A DNA stretch of 64,000 nt, from the NCBI GenBank assembly GCA_963708025.1, contig CAVPSB010000049.1:32001-96000 (forward strand). The letters are read 5' to 3'. The notes under the pieces were generated by a model. It was not told the origin of the DNA. It was given only the letters and a program-made list of their open reading frames with translations, and did not search any database. This document shows positions 10,301 to 19,493 of the stretch, one piece after another. The translations under genes and the position numbers were made by a program. The stretch comes from an uncultured Candidatus Rokubacteria bacterium. GTDB taxonomy: Bacteria; Methylomirabilota; Methylomirabilia; Rokubacteriales; DASRDR01. The stretch's first letter is position 1. Each line of letters begins with the position of its first letter.

Positions 10301-10388
10301 TCGGGACCTCCCGCCCACCCCCCAACCCCCCTCCCCCACCCACTGGGGGGAGGGGGGGCCGGAGGCCCCAATTCTTCACACGCTCTCA
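10301..10388. repeat. intergenic repeat family C (C-rich/G-rich hairpin), copy 1
   Basis: ACCTCCCGCCC...CCCCCCTCCCCC-loop-GGGGGAGGGGGG...CTCTCA; similar to 20628 and 43015. Confidence 0.75.
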
Positions 10389-10838
10389 GATGTGGTACAT
10401 GGAGCGGCTCGGAGATCGGCGCGCGGCAGCCCGCTCGGCCAGGTCGCCGAACGTCGTCCGGTCGATGACGCCGGCGACGGCGTCGGCCACCTCCCGCCAC
10501 AGGTCGGCCAGGTCCCGCGCGGCATCGCGCCGGTCCCGGGGCCGCCGCCCCGCCACCTCCACGGGGGTCAGGCTGCCCTCCACCACCCGGAGCACATCAC
10601 CGACCGACACTTCGCCCGGGTCGCGGACCAGGTGATAACCACCCGCCGAGCCGCGCTTGGAGGCCAGGAAGCCCGCCCGCTTGAGCGCCAGCAGCACCTG
10701 CTCGAGGTACCGCTGAGGGATGCCCTGGCGTCGCGCGACGTCCTGGATCGGGACGAGGGCCTGCCCGCCCTCCTGATACCTCAGGGCGAGGTCCAGCATC
10801 GCGCGGATGGCATACTCCCCCTTGGCGGAAACTCGCAT
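10386..10838 (-). CDS. Rrf2-family transcriptional regulator (CymR-like)
   Basis: KGEYAIRAMLDLA, YLEQVLLALKRAG, SKRGSAGGY; lacks Fe-S cysteines; directly upstream of cysK. Confidence 0.9.
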   Translation of the reverse strand: MRVSAKGEYAIRAMLDLALRYQEGGQALVPIQDVARRQGIPQRYLEQVLLALKRAGFLASKRGSAGGYHLVRDPGEVSVGDVLRVVEGSLTPVEVAGRRPRDRRDAARDLADLWREVADAVAGVIDRTTFGDLAERAAARRSPSRSMYHI

Positions 10839-10854
10839 ATTCGGTCGAGAAGGT

Positions 10855-10884
10855 ACTGTACACGCCGCCTCGCGGACCCGTCAA
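10855..10884 (-). promoter_or_regulatory. sigma70-like promoter of rrf2-cysK-cysO-mec
   Basis: Minus strand TTGACG-N18-TACAGT. Confidence 0.45.
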
Positions 10885-10937
10885 GCAACCGTCAGGAAGC
10901 AACCGTCAGGAAGAGCGCATGGATCGGCCCGAGCCGC

Positions 10938-11819
10938 TCAGTCGCGGCGGAGGCGCGGGTTCAGCTGGTCTTGCAGCCCGTCGCCGAGGAAGTTGAAGCC
11001 GAGGACCACGGACAGGATCGCCAGGCCGGGAAACGTCGCCACCCACCAGTACTCGAACTTGGCCTGGCCGGCGGCGATCATGGCGCCCCACTCCGGGGCG
11101 GGCGGGACGGCGCCGAGCCCGATGAAGGACAGCGCCGCGGTGAGGATGATCGCGTTCCCGACGTCGAGCGTGGCCTTGACGACGATCGGCGGAAACGCGT
11201 TCGGCAGCACGTGGGCCAGCAGGATCCGGCCGGCCGGCAGTCCGAGGGCGCGCGCGGCCACGACGTACTCGTTCGACGCCACCGCCAGCACCTGCCCCCG
11301 CATGAGACGGCTGAACTCGGGCCACGAGACCAGCACGATGGCCAGCATGGCGTTCCGGAGCCCGGCGCCGAGGGCGGCGGTGATCGCCATGGCCAGGAGG
11401 ATCGACGGGAAGGCCAGCACCACGTCCACGACCCGCATGAGGACCTCGTCGAGGCGCCCGCCGGCGTAGCCGGCCACCGCGCCGACGGCCGTGCCGACGA
11501 CGCTCGCGACCAGGATGACGGCGACCGCGATCGGCATCGTGATGCGCGCCCCGTAGAGGACGCGCGAGAGGTTGTCGCGTCCGGCCTCGTCGGTACCGAA
11601 GGGATGCCCCACGCTCGGCGGCTCGAGTCGATTCATGACGTCGAGGTCGAGCGGACTGTAGGGAGCGAGGACCGGTGCCAGGACGGCGACCGCGCTCCAG
11701 ACCCCCACGATCAGCGCCCCGGCCAGCAGCGCCGCGTTCCGGCGCCGGCGGCCCTTCCCTGCCGCCGGGATCGCCTCCAGCGACGCCGGAACCGCCAGCG
11801 ACGCCGCGCGGCCCCTCAT
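10938..11819 (-). CDS. peptide/nickel ABC transporter permease (DppC-like)
   Basis: HPFGTDEAGRD, EYVVAARALG, HVLPN, PEWGAMI, FNFLGDGL. Confidence 0.92.
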   Translation of the reverse strand: MRGRAASLAVPASLEAIPAAGKGRRRRNAALLAGALIVGVWSAVAVLAPVLAPYSPLDLDVMNRLEPPSVGHPFGTDEAGRDNLSRVLYGARITMPIAVAVILVASVVGTAVGAVAGYAGGRLDEVLMRVVDVVLAFPSILLAMAITAALGAGLRNAMLAIVLVSWPEFSRLMRGQVLAVASNEYVVAARALGLPAGRILLAHVLPNAFPPIVVKATLDVGNAIILTAALSFIGLGAVPPAPEWGAMIAAGQAKFEYWWVATFPGLAILSVVLGFNFLGDGLQDQLNPRLRRD

Positions 11820-11866
11820 CGGTCCACCTCGGCGCCAAAGTTGGCCGGCACGCTGAGCGTGGGGGC

Positions 11867-12001
11867 GGGTCGAGACCCGAGCAGCCCCCGCAGGCCGAAG
11901 GCCGTCCGATTGACGCAGGGAGTCGCCGACCGCAGGCGTACTCCGGGTACGCCGAGGATCGGCGACGACCGAGGACGACGGGATGCGACGGGTATCGGGC
12001 C
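11867..12001. repeat. intergenic repeat family A, copy 2
   Basis: GTCGAGACCCGAGCAGCCCCCGCAGGCCGAAGGCCGTCC...CGGGTATCGGGCC. Confidence 0.75.
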
Positions 12002-12006
12002 GGGGC

Positions 12007-13023
12007 TCATCGCACCCGGATCCGCGGGTCGAGCACCCCGTAGAGGACGTCGACGACCAGGTTCACGGTGAGGTAGATCACGGCGGTCAGCATCGTGACG
12101 CCGAGGATCGCCGGGTAGTCGAGCCGGGTGGACGCCGTGACGGCGTAGCGCCCGATGCCCGGCCAGGCGAACACGGTCTCGGTGAGGACGGCGCCCGACA
12201 GCAGGCTGGCGAAGTTCAGCCCGATGATCGTGACCAGGGGGATCATCGCGTTCCGCAGGGCGTGGAGCCCGACGACCGGTCCCTCCCCGAGGCCCTTGGC
12301 GCGCGCCGTCCGCACGTAGTCGGCGGCGAGCACCTCGAGCAGGGCGGAGCGGGTCGTGCGCGACACGATGCCCATGATGAACCAGCCGAGGACGAGCGCC
12401 GGCAGGACGATGTGCTGGAGCGCCGAGGCGAAGACGTCCGGCTTGCGTGCCAGCAGGCTGTCGACGAGCAGGAAGCCCGTGACCGCCGGCGGGTACGTGA
12501 GGTAGGTGTCGATCCGGCCGGGTCCGGGGGCCCACTCGAGGATGTAGTAGAAGACGTAGAGGGCGATGAGGCCGGTCCAGAAGATGGGCGAGGCGGACCC
12601 GGTCAGCGCGATGACCCGGGTGGCGTGATCGGGTCCGCGGTTGTGCCGGACGGCGGCCCAGATCCCGAGCGGCACCCCGAAGACCAGGCTGACCAGGAGC
12701 GCCGCCAGCGACAGCTCGATGGTGGCCGGGGCGAACTGCGCGAGGTCCCGCAGCACCGGGCGCCGGGTCGTGAACGATTCGCCGAGGTCGCCGCGAGACA
12801 CGTTGGCGAGGTAGGCCAGGAACTGCTCGGGCAGCGAGCGGTCCAGCCCCCAGCGCTTGACGTAGGCGGCGCGGATCGATGGGTCCTTCGTCGCCTGGTC
12901 GCTCAGGACGGTCGCGAGCGGATCGGCCGGGACCATGTGGGCCACCAGGAAGGCGACCAGCACCACCCCGAACAGGGCGATGACGGCCAGGACGAGCCGC
13001 CGCGCGAGGTAGGTGAGCAGCAT
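12007..13023 (-). CDS. peptide/nickel ABC transporter permease (DppB-like)
   Basis: GDLGES, PATIEL, DYVRTARAKGL, HALRNA, ETVFAWPGIG. Confidence 0.92.
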   Translation of the reverse strand: MLLTYLARRLVLAVIALFGVVLVAFLVAHMVPADPLATVLSDQATKDPSIRAAYVKRWGLDRSLPEQFLAYLANVSRGDLGESFTTRRPVLRDLAQFAPATIELSLAALLVSLVFGVPLGIWAAVRHNRGPDHATRVIALTGSASPIFWTGLIALYVFYYILEWAPGPGRIDTYLTYPPAVTGFLLVDSLLARKPDVFASALQHIVLPALVLGWFIMGIVSRTTRSALLEVLAADYVRTARAKGLGEGPVVGLHALRNAMIPLVTIIGLNFASLLSGAVLTETVFAWPGIGRYAVTASTRLDYPAILGVTMLTAVIYLTVNLVVDVLYGVLDPRIRVR

Positions 13024-13032
13024 CGGAGGGTC

Positions 13033-13062
13033 GAGGGCGCCGCCGCCGGGGGCGGCGCCCTC
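13033..13062 (-). terminator. GC-rich hairpin after the substrate-binding gene
   Basis: 12-bp stem GAGGGCGCCGCC / GGCGGCGCCCTC; no clear U-tract. Confidence 0.45.
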
Positions 13063-13081
13063 CGGTTAACCAGTCAGCCGG

Positions 13082-14692
13082 TCAGCGGCTCAGCTTGGCC
13101 AGGGTGACGAACCAGATGGGATGGATCGCGTAGCCCTTGATCGCCGGGGTCAGCCCCACATAGGACTTCTGCTGGATCAGGATGATGAAGGGCACGTCCT
13201 CCATGACGATCTTGGTGATTTCCTTGTACGCGGCCTCGCGCTTCTTCGGGTCCTGCTCCTTCTTGGCGGTGGCGATCAGGTCCACCACTTTCGGGTTGTC
13301 GTACGCCACCCGCTTGGCCGCCGCCCCGCCCTTCTTGTAGAAGGCGTCCGCCCACGGGTCCGGATCCAGGTAGTCCGGCGTCCAGGAGGCCAGCATCAGC
13401 TGCGGCTTCCCGGCCCGGTACTCGGCGATCATCACCGAGCGCTCCTTTGGCTCGAGAGTGACCTTGATGCCGGCGGCAGCCAGATCCTGCTGGAGCTTGG
13501 CGGCCAGCGGCTCGGTCGGCACGTTGAGCAGCGGCGACGTCCAGTAGTTCATCTTGACGGTGAAGCCGTTGGGCAAGCCGGCGTCGGCCAGGAGCTGCTT
13601 GGCTCTGGCCACGTCGCGCTTCCGCACCATGCTCCTGTCCACGCCCAGGATGCCGAGCGGGATCATCGCAGGCGGCTGCTCCCCGGTCCCGCGGATCAGG
13701 CCCTTGATGATGCCGTCATAGTCGATGGCGTACGAGACCGCCTGGCGGACCCGCTTGTCGGCGAGCTCCTTCGACACTTCGGCGCTCGTGTTGACGGCCA
13801 TGTACACCTGGTTCATGGACAGCCCGGAGACCAGCTTGATCTTCGGGCCCTCCTTGAGCTTGGCGACGATGTCCGGGTCGAAGTCGTGGGCGACGTCGGC
13901 GTCGCCACGCTCCACCATCTCACGCTGGGTGGTACCGTCCTTGATGTGGCGGAAGACGATCCTCGCGAAGAAGGGCTTGGGACCCCAGTGGGTCGGGTTC
14001 CGCTCGAGAACGGCCTCCTCCTTGTTCTTGAACGAGACCAGCCGGTACGGCCCCGAGCCCGCCGAGTTGTTGTTGAGCCACTCGGTCGCCTTGTCCTTGT
14101 CCTTGGCATCCTCGGCGTCGGTCCCTCCCTGCGCCATCACCGTCTTCGAGTCGATGATCCCGGTGGGAACGGCGGCCAGCATCGCCAGGAAGCCGGCGTC
14201 GGCGGCCGTGAGGACGACCTTGACGGTGGTGTCGTTCACGACCTCGACGTCCTTGACCCCCTCCATGAAGAACGACGGGTTGTCCTTCAGGTGCTTGAGC
14301 CGGCGGAACGAGAAGCGCACGTCGGCGGCCGTCAGCGGGTTGCCGGAGGCGAACTTCACGCCCGGCCGGAGGTTGAAGGTGTACGTCAGCCCGTCCTTGG
14401 AGACCTCCCACTTCGTCGCGAGCTTCGGCTGGATCTTGGTGAAGTCCGGCGCCTCCACGGTGACCAGCGTGTCGTAGGCGGACTGGTCGAGCATCTGGGA
14501 GGTGTACTCGTAGGTCCGGCTGGGGTCGTTGGTGACGTAGTCGTCGATGTCGCGGACGATGATCAGCGTCTCCTGCCGGCTCTGGGCCTGGGCGCTCCCG
14601 CCCCACAGCGAGAGCGCGCCCAGGACGGCGAGCGCCAGCGCCAGCGGACCGACGAGCCTCCGGCGTGACCGGGTCAACGGGAACTTCGGCAT
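13082..14692 (-). CDS. ABC transporter substrate-binding protein, family 5 (DppA-like)
   Basis: Signal peptide, YTFNLRPGVKFASGNPLTAADVRFS, GSGPYRL, RVRQAVSYAIDY; AGGAGG RBS. Confidence 0.92.
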   Translation of the reverse strand: MPKFPLTRSRRRLVGPLALALAVLGALSLWGGSAQAQSRQETLIIVRDIDDYVTNDPSRTYEYTSQMLDQSAYDTLVTVEAPDFTKIQPKLATKWEVSKDGLTYTFNLRPGVKFASGNPLTAADVRFSFRRLKHLKDNPSFFMEGVKDVEVVNDTTVKVVLTAADAGFLAMLAAVPTGIIDSKTVMAQGGTDAEDAKDKDKATEWLNNNSAGSGPYRLVSFKNKEEAVLERNPTHWGPKPFFARIVFRHIKDGTTQREMVERGDADVAHDFDPDIVAKLKEGPKIKLVSGLSMNQVYMAVNTSAEVSKELADKRVRQAVSYAIDYDGIIKGLIRGTGEQPPAMIPLGILGVDRSMVRKRDVARAKQLLADAGLPNGFTVKMNYWTSPLLNVPTEPLAAKLQQDLAAAGIKVTLEPKERSVMIAEYRAGKPQLMLASWTPDYLDPDPWADAFYKKGGAAAKRVAYDNPKVVDLIATAKKEQDPKKREAAYKEITKIVMEDVPFIILIQQKSYVGLTPAIKGYAIHPIWFVTLAKLSR

Positions 14693-14899
14693 CGGCGTGC
14701 CCTCCTGTCGGTGATGTGTGCGTCGGGGGTTACCGCGTGAAGCGGACGACCGGCGTCCCGGCGAAGGCGACGTCGGCGATCGCCCGAATCCGCCCGACCC
14801 GCTCCGGCGCCCATAGTAGCACCACGGCGGTAGCGCTGTCCCGGCGCCCCCCGCCGGGACTTGCGGCCCGCGGCGGAGGCGCCGTACCGTAGCCGCGGG

Positions 14900-15931
14900 A
14901 TGCGGCGACCCAGGGATCGCGACTTCGTCGAGACCGCCGAGGGGCTGTTCTTCTGCCTCGTCGGCTATCTGCATCCTCCGGACCGCTATGCGGCCTACCT
15001 CAAGTACGTCCCGGCGGCCACCGGCAAGTGGTCCCGGGGGGCGACCTCCTACCACCGGGAGCTCCCCTACTACCACGTTCGCCACGTCGCCCGCACGATC
15101 GAGTTCCTGCGGGAGCACCATCCCCGCTACGTCTGGCGGGATCCCACCAGCGACCTGACGTTCTCCTTCGTGCCCCGGGAGGCGGTGGCCACTTACTATC
15201 GTCCCGAGGATCGGCTGGCCGAGATCCTCGAGGCCCCCCGGGATCGCCTCGAGGAGGAGGTGGCCGCGCTCGTGGGCCTCCTCACGCGGGCCGCCGGGCT
15301 CCCGCCGTCCGCCTTCGGCATCACGGGCTCCGTGCTCCTCCGGCTCCACAACCCAACGTTCTCGGACATCGATCTGCTGGTCTACGGCGCGGAGAACACC
15401 GCCCGGGTCAGGGCCGCGGTCGACACGCTGAGGGGCGGCGGCATCGAGGCGCTGCCCGCCGAGCGGCGGGCGCAGTGGCGGGGCGAGATTGCCGAGCGCT
15501 TCGGCCTGCCGGCGGACGACGTCGCGTATCTCGAGACGCGGCGGTGGAACTACTTCCTGGTCCAGGACCGCTACGTGTCCATCCACCCCACCCGGACCGA
15601 CGCCGAGATCCGGGAGGAATACGGCCGCGAGCAGTACCGACCCCGGGGCAGCGCGACCATCGAGGCGACCGTCACCGACGCGACCGAGTCGATCTTCCTG
15701 CCCGCCGTCTATCGCGTCGCCGGGGCGGAGTCCGGCGGCGGGCCGGCGCCCGTGGCGGAAGTCGTCTCCTTCGAGGGACTCTACGGTCAGCTCGCCGATC
15801 GGGGCGACCGCATCCTGGCCTCCGGCCAGCTCGAGGAGCGCCAGGACGGCGCCTGCCGGCTCGTCGTGGGCTCCGCGGGCCCCCGCGACGGCGGCTTCAT
15901 CCGCGTCCTCTCCCACCCACCCTCGCCCTGA
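14900..15931 (+). CDS. nucleotidyltransferase-domain protein resembling the archaeal COG1665 family
   Basis: RDRDF...F.LVGYLHPPDR..AYLKYVP N-terminus; GITGS...SDIDLLVYG pol-beta motif. Confidence 0.7.
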   Translation: MRRPRDRDFVETAEGLFFCLVGYLHPPDRYAAYLKYVPAATGKWSRGATSYHRELPYYHVRHVARTIEFLREHHPRYVWRDPTSDLTFSFVPREAVATYYRPEDRLAEILEAPRDRLEEEVAALVGLLTRAAGLPPSAFGITGSVLLRLHNPTFSDIDLLVYGAENTARVRAAVDTLRGGGIEALPAERRAQWRGEIAERFGLPADDVAYLETRRWNYFLVQDRYVSIHPTRTDAEIREEYGREQYRPRGSATIEATVTDATESIFLPAVYRVAGAESGGGPAPVAEVVSFEGLYGQLADRGDRILASGQLEERQDGACRLVVGSAGPRDGGFIRVLSHPPSP

Positions 15932-15954
15932 CCCCGCACCCCGGTCGTCCACCA

Positions 15955-16165
15955 GGCCGAGACCCGAGCAGCCCCCGCAGGCCGAAGGCCGTCCGCCAAA
16001 GGCCGAAGGCCGTTCAATCGACGCAGGGTGGCCGCCCACCGGAGGCGTACGCCCTGGTACGTCGAGGATGGGCGCCGCCCGAGGACGACCGTAGGTCGGG
16101 ACGGACGGGAGGCCCCGGGCCGAGCGCGTCCCGACCGAGATGAAGATCGCGACGGGTATCGGCCC
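15955..16165. repeat. intergenic repeat family A, copy 3
   Basis: Long segments nearly identical to copy 1, e.g. CGCCCTGGTACGTCGAGGATGGGCGCCGCCCGAGGACGACC and GCGTCCCGACCGAGATGAAGATCGCGA. Confidence 0.8.
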
Positions 16166-16170
16166 GGTGG

Positions 16171-17505
16171 TCAGGCGCCGAACATCTCCCGCAGGAGCCG
16201 CGCCTCCCACTCCTCCCGCAAGCGGAGATTCCGGACCGACGCCTCGTTGTCCGCGCTGCCGGCGACCTTCACCTGCGGGACCCCGGCCTCGTCCTTCTCG
16301 AAGTACCAGTCCATCCCGAGCCGGAGAGCCCGGTCCGTCGCCACCATCGGGAAGCAGACGTTGTGGGGGGCGCCCGGATGGGGGCCGCCGTCGCCGACCC
16401 GGGCGTCCAGGGCCCGGGCGATGTGATGACCGGCGATGCGTCCCGACATCGCCGCGGTGTGGGCGGTCTTCGCGTAGGGGGTGTCGGCGGTGTCGCCCAG
16501 GGCGTAGATCCGCTCGTCCCGGGGACTGCGGAACGTGCGGGGGTCCACGTCGACCAGGACCTCCCCCAGCTCGGCCTCGGCGACGAAGGGCACCGCCGTG
16601 TTGGGGGGCACGACGCTGAGCAGGTCGAAGCCGAGCTTACCCGCCTCGGTCTCGACGATCCGGGCCCCGGGGTCCACGGCCAGCACGCGCGTGAACGGCT
16701 CGTAGGCGAGCACCGCCTTGTGAGCCTCGATCGCCCGGAGCAGGCCGGGAGCCAGCGCCACCGGCGGCCTCGAGCGCGACTCGACCAGCGTCACCCTCCC
16801 CTTGAGGCGCCGCCGCCTCAGGTGCTCCGCCCACAGGAGCGCGTACTCGTACGGCGCCGGCGCGCACTTGTAGAGGCTCTGCGGCGTGCTCACGACGACG
16901 TGACCGCCCCGGAAGGCGCCGATCCGGCGGCGCAGCTCGAGCAGGGGCGCGCCCATGTCGTAGGGGCAGAGGTTGACGTCGGGGCGCTCAGCGAGACCGG
17001 GCACGTCCTCGTAGGCCAGGCGCAGGCCCGTGGCCAGCAGGAGCTGGTCGTAGTCCAGGCGCCCGTCGGTCGTGACGAGCTGCCGCCGGTCGCGCTCCAC
17101 CGCCACCACGGTCGTGTGGACGATGCGCAGGCCGGCGGCCTCGATCCCGCCGTATCCCCGCACGATCCGGTCCAGGGGGATCAGCCCGAAGAGGTACTGG
17201 AGGGCGGCCGGCGCGAACACGAAGTAGGAGGCCTGCTCCAGCAGGACGACGTCGGCGTCGGGGACGAGCCGCTTGACCGTGAGGGCCGCGGTGATGCCGC
17301 CGAAGGACGCTCCCACCACGACCAGCCGGCGACCCCGGGAGCGTCCCAGGAGATCGGGCCGGCTCCCGGCCGCGGCACGCCCGGACCCCAGCGCGCCCAG
17401 CGCGACCGCGCCGGCGGTCAGAAGCGCGCGCCGGGTGAGCCCGACCGGATCGGCCGGGCCCCCCGGCGCTGGCGAGGCGATCGGCGGCGGGGCGGCGCCG
17501 CTTAC
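16171..17505 (-). CDS. Tat-exported FAD oxidoreductase, flavocytochrome c sulfide dehydrogenase (FccB/SoxF)-like; start uncertain
   Basis: TRRALL Tat motif, VVVGASFGG FAD motif, YKCAPAPYE and NVCF cysteines; GTA rather than GTG at the expected overlapping start. Confidence 0.75.
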   Translation of the reverse strand, partial: VSGAAPPPIASPAPGGPADPVGLTRRALLTAGAVALGALGSGRAAAGSRPDLLGRSRGRRLVVVGASFGGITAALTVKRLVPDADVVLLEQASYFVFAPAALQYLFGLIPLDRIVRGYGGIEAAGLRIVHTTVVAVERDRRQLVTTDGRLDYDQLLLATGLRLAYEDVPGLAERPDVNLCPYDMGAPLLELRRRIGAFRGGHVVVSTPQSLYKCAPAPYEYALLWAEHLRRRRLKGRVTLVESRSRPPVALAPGLLRAIEAHKAVLAYEPFTRVLAVDPGARIVETEAGKLGFDLLSVVPPNTAVPFVAEAELGEVLVDVDPRTFRSPRDERIYALGDTADTPYAKTAHTAAMSGRIAGHHIARALDARVGDGGPHPGAPHNVCFPMVATDRALRLGMDWYFEKDEAGVPQVKVAGSADNEASVRNLRLREEWEARLLREMFGA

Positions 17506-18329
17506 CGCGTCACGACCTCCAGGGACTTCGCGAAGGTCTGACCGCGGGAGTCCTTGACCTCGGCCTTCAGGGTGCCCGGGCCGGACGGGAGGAAGAAGAA
17601 GCGGAAGCTCGGATCCGAGCTGTTGGCGATCGTCGTCTCGGCGGTGAGGATCGGCTTGCCGTCGTAGGTCACGGCCACGCTGGTCACGTAGTAGGCCGAG
17701 ATCGGGTAGAGCTTGATCGGGTGCATCTGGAACCCGGTGTAGTTGGGATGGTTGACGATGAGCTGCAGGCGATTGGGCTCGTTCCGGACGACCGTGTCCG
17801 GCACCCGGATCTGCATCTGGCCGATGCGGGCCGCGGCCGCCGCGATGTCGGCGTCCAGCACCGGAAGCGCGGCGCACCCGCCGGCCGCCTTGACCATCTT
17901 CACCTGCATGTAGAGCTTGCCGTCGGCGGTCTCCGCGATGGCCCGCACCGGGCTGTGGGTGTCCACCCGCATCTCGGTCTCGAGCGTGGCGAGGCCGGTC
18001 TCGCGGGTGAGGTGGAACACCGCCGCCAGCGGCTCCGGGTTCTTGTCGATGACGACGACGATCCGCTTCACGAAGCGCTCCGGCGACTGGGGCGCCGCCG
18101 TCTTGATCGAGACCGGGACCGCGCCCGCGTCATCGGGCCGGAAGGGCACGTCGAGCTGGATGACGCCGTTCGGACCCTCATCGATGGGCCGGCTCCCGAA
18201 CAGGCTCTGCCGGAGCTGCGCCCACTGCTCGGTCTGGAGCTCGGACTGGGCCCAGGCGCTCGCCCCGAGCCCGAGGCTCGCCAGGCCGACCAGCCCCATC
18301 ACCGCCAGCTTCACGCGTGTTGCTCTCAT
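17502..18329 (-). CDS. fused SoxYZ-like carrier (quinoprotein dehydrogenase-associated type)
   Basis: Signal peptide; SoxY domain VIDKNPEP...VKAAGGCA; SoxZ domain HPNYTGFQM; AGGAGG RBS. Confidence 0.85.
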   Translation of the reverse strand: MRATRVKLAVMGLVGLASLGLGASAWAQSELQTEQWAQLRQSLFGSRPIDEGPNGVIQLDVPFRPDDAGAVPVSIKTAAPQSPERFVKRIVVVIDKNPEPLAAVFHLTRETGLATLETEMRVDTHSPVRAIAETADGKLYMQVKMVKAAGGCAALPVLDADIAAAAARIGQMQIRVPDTVVRNEPNRLQLIVNHPNYTGFQMHPIKLYPISAYYVTSVAVTYDGKPILTAETTIANSSDPSFRFFFLPSGPGTLKAEVKDSRGQTFAKSLEVVTR

Positions 18330-18365
18330 GAGAGCCTCCTTCACCGAACGATCGGTGGTCTTACG

Positions 18366-19493
18366 CTAGGCGCTCGACCTGCCAATGTCAAGCTGGCTGG
18401 CGGCTGGCGCGGGCACATGGCACCCGGCCAGGACGGCCTCCGCCTCGGCCCCGAGCCGCTCCCCGCACGCCGCCCGGCTCGCGCCGCCGGCGAGGACCGT
18501 GCAGATCGGGTGCGCCTCCTCGACGATCGCGCCGGGCGGCGGAACGTCCCGGACGCCGCGCTCCAGCCAGCTGAGCGTGTCGCCGACCGCCACCCGCCGC
18601 GGAGCGTAGACGATGGCCTTGCCCCACGTGCCGTCCGGAGCCGTGACGGGCTCGGGCAGGGTGCCCCGGCACGCCGCCAGGTGCAGCGCGAAGGCCGACA
18701 CCCCGGCGGCCCGGTCCACGAGCTCCATGGACGCGCAGTAGCGAGGATTCACCTCGAGAAGGACCGGCCGCCCCGCGCTCAGGACGAAGTCGAACCCGTT
18801 GAGGCCGTGCAGTCCGAACTCCGAGGTCACCGCCTCGGCCAGCCGGCGCACCTCGTCCAGGGCGGCGGGGGGCGCCTCCAGCGGGAGGATGTTGCCGCCG
18901 TACAGGAAGCCGCGCGGGCCGCGGAGCTGCTCGGTCCACCCCAGGAGGACGCACCGGCTGCCGTCGGCCACGAAGGCAGCCGACGCCGGCGTACCCTCCA
19001 CGTGAGCCTGGAGCATCCGACCGGAGGCCAGCGACTCGCCCGTCCAGACCCGGATCCCCACGCCGCCCCCGCCCCGGATCGGCTTGCTGAGCCAGCGCCC
19101 GCCCGGGGGCGGCGGCCCTCCGGGAAGAATGGTCTCCGGCACCGCGAAGCCGCGGGCGGCCAGGACGGGAAACAGGCGCGCCGGGTCGCGGACGCGCCGG
19201 AGCGTCTCCGGGGCGTTCCCCAGGAGCAGCTTGCCCTTCGCCAGGCGCGCGACCACCCCGGGATGATTCTCCAGCCCCCCGCAGTAGGCGACCGCGTCGT
19301 ACGCGAGGCCGCGGGCGGCCTCGAGGAGCGCAGCCGCCGAGTACTCGACCCCCCGCTCTCGCAGCGACACGTTGGGGCAGAGCCGCTTCTGGTCGACATC
19401 GCCGAAGTGGTCGACGGTGACGACGTCGCAGCCGGCGCGGACGGCCGACTCCGCGACCGCCCGGGTCGTCAGGCCCGCGATCAGGATCCTCAC
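18366..19493 (-). CDS. ATP-grasp ligase of C1 cofactor clusters (COG2232/OrfY-like)
   Basis: TRAVAESAVRAG..VDHFGD.D, KPIRGGGG.GI, GLNGFDF, LEVNPRYCAS; GTGA overlap with the upstream gene. Confidence 0.75.
   Translation of the reverse strand: MRILIAGLTTRAVAESAVRAGCDVVTVDHFGDVDQKRLCPNVSLRERGVEYSAAALLEAARGLAYDAVAYCGGLENHPGVVARLAKGKLLLGNAPETLRRVRDPARLFPVLAARGFAVPETILPGGPPPPGGRWLSKPIRGGGGVGIRVWTGESLASGRMLQAHVEGTPASAAFVADGSRCVLLGWTEQLRGPRGFLYGGNILPLEAPPAALDEVRRLAEAVTSEFGLHGLNGFDFVLSAGRPVLLEVNPRYCASMELVDRAAGVSAFALHLAACRGTLPEPVTAPDGTWGKAIVYAPRRVAVGDTLSWLERGVRDVPPPGAIVEEAHPICTVLAGGASRAACGERLGAEAEAVLAGCHVPAPAASQLDIGRSSA

Noticed and set aside
13082-16210. 1042-aa substrate-binding protein
   Set aside because: The N-terminal half is antisense to the nucleotidyltransferase gene and a repeat; the real start is 14692 after AGGAGG
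16171-18329. Canonical Sox thiosulfate oxidation system
   Set aside because: SoxY and SoxZ are fused with an internal GGC, and soxA, B, X and CD are absent
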